DNA from: a virus
Lineage: Duplodnaviria; Heunggongvirae; Uroviricota; Caudoviricetes
Virus record (IMG/VR): IMGVR_UViG_2645728091_000010
Length of the DNA: 7,321 nucleotides
Reading direction: 5' to 3' (one strand)
Of the stretch, positions 5,999 through 7,321 are shown piece after piece; the stretch's first letter is position 1, and every line of letters starts with the position of its first letter. The notes below the pieces were generated by a model that was not told where the DNA came from, did no database searches, and worked only from the letters and a program-made list of their open reading frames with translations. Both the position numbers and the translations under genes were made by a program.

Positions 5999-6712
5999 CC
6001 GGGACTGCAGTGTTTCCCGGACGTCATCCGGAAGATGGCTGTAGGGGTTGCCATCCACCTTATGGCTGCCGCTGTAAATCAGCGTGATTTCCACGCCCTG
6101 TTTCTCCAGCGCAGCACCGTAATTGCTGTGAGCCATCATGACGCCGATGGAGCCTGTCCGGGCGGTCTGCGTGACCAGACGCCGGGAAGCGGCACTGGCA
6201 AGCAACTGACCTGCACTGCAGTTCATGTCGTTGGCAAGCGCCCATACCGGTTTTATGTCACGCACACGGGCGATGATGTCAGCGCAGTCAAATGCCCCCG
6301 CCACCATCCCGCCGGGCGTGTCCATATCGAGCAGAATGCCGTCCACCATCGGATCGCTGGCAGCCTGTTGCAGACGGGCGATAATGCCGTTGTAACCGGT
6401 CATCCCCGAATACGGCTGCAGCGCCCGCGTCCGGCTGACCAGCGTGCCGGAAACCGGCAGCACGGCGATGCCGTTCATGACCTGATAACTGCGGGCCTGT
6501 CGAGGTCCGTCATCATCACCGGATAACACCAGCGTCGCGGGTGCCTCTCCGGCAGCCAGGCTGTCACCGGACACCGCATCCGTCAGGCGGCTGATCCCAA
6601 GCTGGCCTGCAAGCGCACAAAAGAAAACCCGCGCATAGGCGGGTTCAAGCATCAGCGGCTCATTAAAGGCCATGCTGGCAATATGCGGGAGATTACGCAG
6701 CTCTGCTGTCAC
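5393..6712 (-). CDS. C: Prohead protease / minor capsid protein C (lambda gpC-like), 439 aa
   Basis: Sequence from TAELRNLPHIASMAFNEPLMLEPAYARVFF through ...ASDAVNDLLNTPV matches lambda gpC. The GTG start at 6712 is preceded by GAGGAGGAG and overlaps the B stop by 20 nt, as in lambda. Confidence 0.92.
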   Translation of the reverse strand: MTAELRNLPHIASMAFNEPLMLEPAYARVFFCALAGQLGISRLTDAVSGDSLAAGEAPATLVLSGDDDGPRQARSYQVMNGIAVLPVSGTLVSRTRALQPYSGMTGYNGIIARLQQAASDPMVDGILLDMDTPGGMVAGAFDCADIIARVRDIKPVWALANDMNCSAGQLLASAASRRLVTQTARTGSIGVMMAHSNYGAALEKQGVEITLIYSGSHKVDGNPYSHLPDDVRETLQSRMDATRQMFAQKVSAYTGLSVQAVLDTEAAVYSGQEAIDAGLADELVNSTDAITVMRDALDARKSRLSGGRMTKETQSTTVSATALQADVTDVVSATEGENASAAQPDVNAQITAAVAAENSRIMGILNCEEAHGREEQARVLAGTPGMTVETARRILAAAPQSAQARSDTALDRLMQGAPAPLAAGNPASDAVNDLLNTPV

Positions 6713-7321
6713 TCTTCTCCTCCTCTGTTGATTGTCGCAGCCCGGATTCAAATGCCGCAGCCGCCCAGGCGGGCGGTTTAAGACCAGCCGCGCGGCGCTC
6801 CATCGTTTCACGGACCTGCTGGGCAAAAATTTCCTGATAGTCGTCACCGCGTTTCGCGCACTCTTTCTCGTAGGTGCTCAGTCCGGCTTCTATCAGCATC
6901 ACCGCTTCCTGTACTTCTTTCAGACCATCGATGGCCATACGACCGGAGCCTATCCAGTCACAGTTCCCCCAGGCGCTGCGGGCTTCCTGAAAGCTGAAAC
7001 GCGCTTTTGAAGGTAACGTCACCACGCGGCGAACGATGGCCTCTTCCAGCCAGCACAGAAACATCTGGCTCGCCTGACGGGATGCGACGAATTTTCGCCG
7101 CCCCATAAAGTACGCCCACGACTCGTTCGCACTGGCCCGTGCCGTGGAGTAGCTCATCTGGGCGTAATTCCGGGAAAGCTGCTCATACGAGACACCCAGC
7201 CCGGCAGCGATATACCGCAACAGTGACTGCTCAAACACGGAGTAGCCGTTATCCGTGTCCTGAGCCGTCTGCAGGTTCAGTGAGTCCCCCGGCATCAGGT
7301 GCGGCACTTTTGCGCCTCCCA
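6693..7321 (-). CDS. B: Portal protein B (lambda gpB-like), C-terminal ~209 codons; 5' end outside window
   Basis: ...VPHLMPGDSLNLQTAQDTDNGYSVFEQSLLRYIAAGLG...QSTEEEKSDSRAA matches the lambda gpB C-terminus. The frame is open to the window edge. Confidence 0.9.
   Translation of the reverse strand, partial: GGAKVPHLMPGDSLNLQTAQDTDNGYSVFEQSLLRYIAAGLGVSYEQLSRNYAQMSYSTARASANESWAYFMGRRKFVASRQASQMFLCWLEEAIVRRVVTLPSKARFSFQEARSAWGNCDWIGSGRMAIDGLKEVQEAVMLIEAGLSTYEKECAKRGDDYQEIFAQQVRETMERRAAGLKPPAWAAAAFESGLRQSTEEEKSDSRAA

Noticed and set aside
5065-6526. Plus-strand ORFs 5065-5364, 5324-5719, 5373-5603, 5431-5619 and 6035-6526, and minus-strand out-of-frame ORFs 5785-6054 and 6060-6245
   Set aside because: They overlap the well-supported C/Nu3/D genes and have Arg/Cys/His-rich, low-complexity translations typical of spurious frames in GC-rich DNA.
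6713-6847. N-terminal extension of gene C (484-aa ORF in the track)
   Set aside because: The GTG at 6712 has a strong GAGGAGGAG Shine-Dalgarno and gives the 439-aa length and B/C overlap expected for lambda-like C; the extension has no RBS and would run antisense-overlapped through the end of B.
6732-7010. Plus-strand ORF (92 aa) antisense to the portal gene
   Set aside because: Lies entirely within the portal B coding region on the opposite strand; no start context or recognisable product.
1-7321. CRISPR array or other long tandem repeats
   Set aside because: No repeat-spacer periodicity is present anywhere in the window; the only repeats are the short palindromes and the 8-bp tandem repeat already listed.

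Overview
This window is a mosaic of three mobile-DNA layers, all read from the sequence without database access. (1) Positions ~4750-7321 (minus strand) are a GC-rich, lambda-like head-gene block: portal B (3' part, runs off the window), prohead protease/minor capsid C with the in-frame nested scaffold Nu3, decoration protein D, and only the first 82 codons of major capsid E. (2) E is cut off abruptly and, about 160 bp later, a P4-type tyrosine integrase begins, followed by a translationally coupled AlpA-like regulator. Next come a convergent, AT-rich two-gene cassette on the plus strand (a ribbon-helix-helix protein plus a 241-aa protein with no motif I recognise), a divergent control region with two 9-N18-9 perfect palindromes, and a tightly coupled leftward operon of five small ORFs feeding into a primase-like gene. 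(3) The primase-like gene is itself interrupted at position 90/91 by the terminus of an IS50-like (IS4-family) insertion sequence whose body lies beyond the window start. No tRNA, rRNA or CRISPR array was found. The best candidate for an undescribed system is the AT-rich RHH + 241-aa cassette in the accessory slot between the integrase/AlpA and the regulatory/replication operon; the small-ORF operon is a secondary candidate. Functional assignments for everything other than the lambda-like genes, the integrase and AlpA are inferences.
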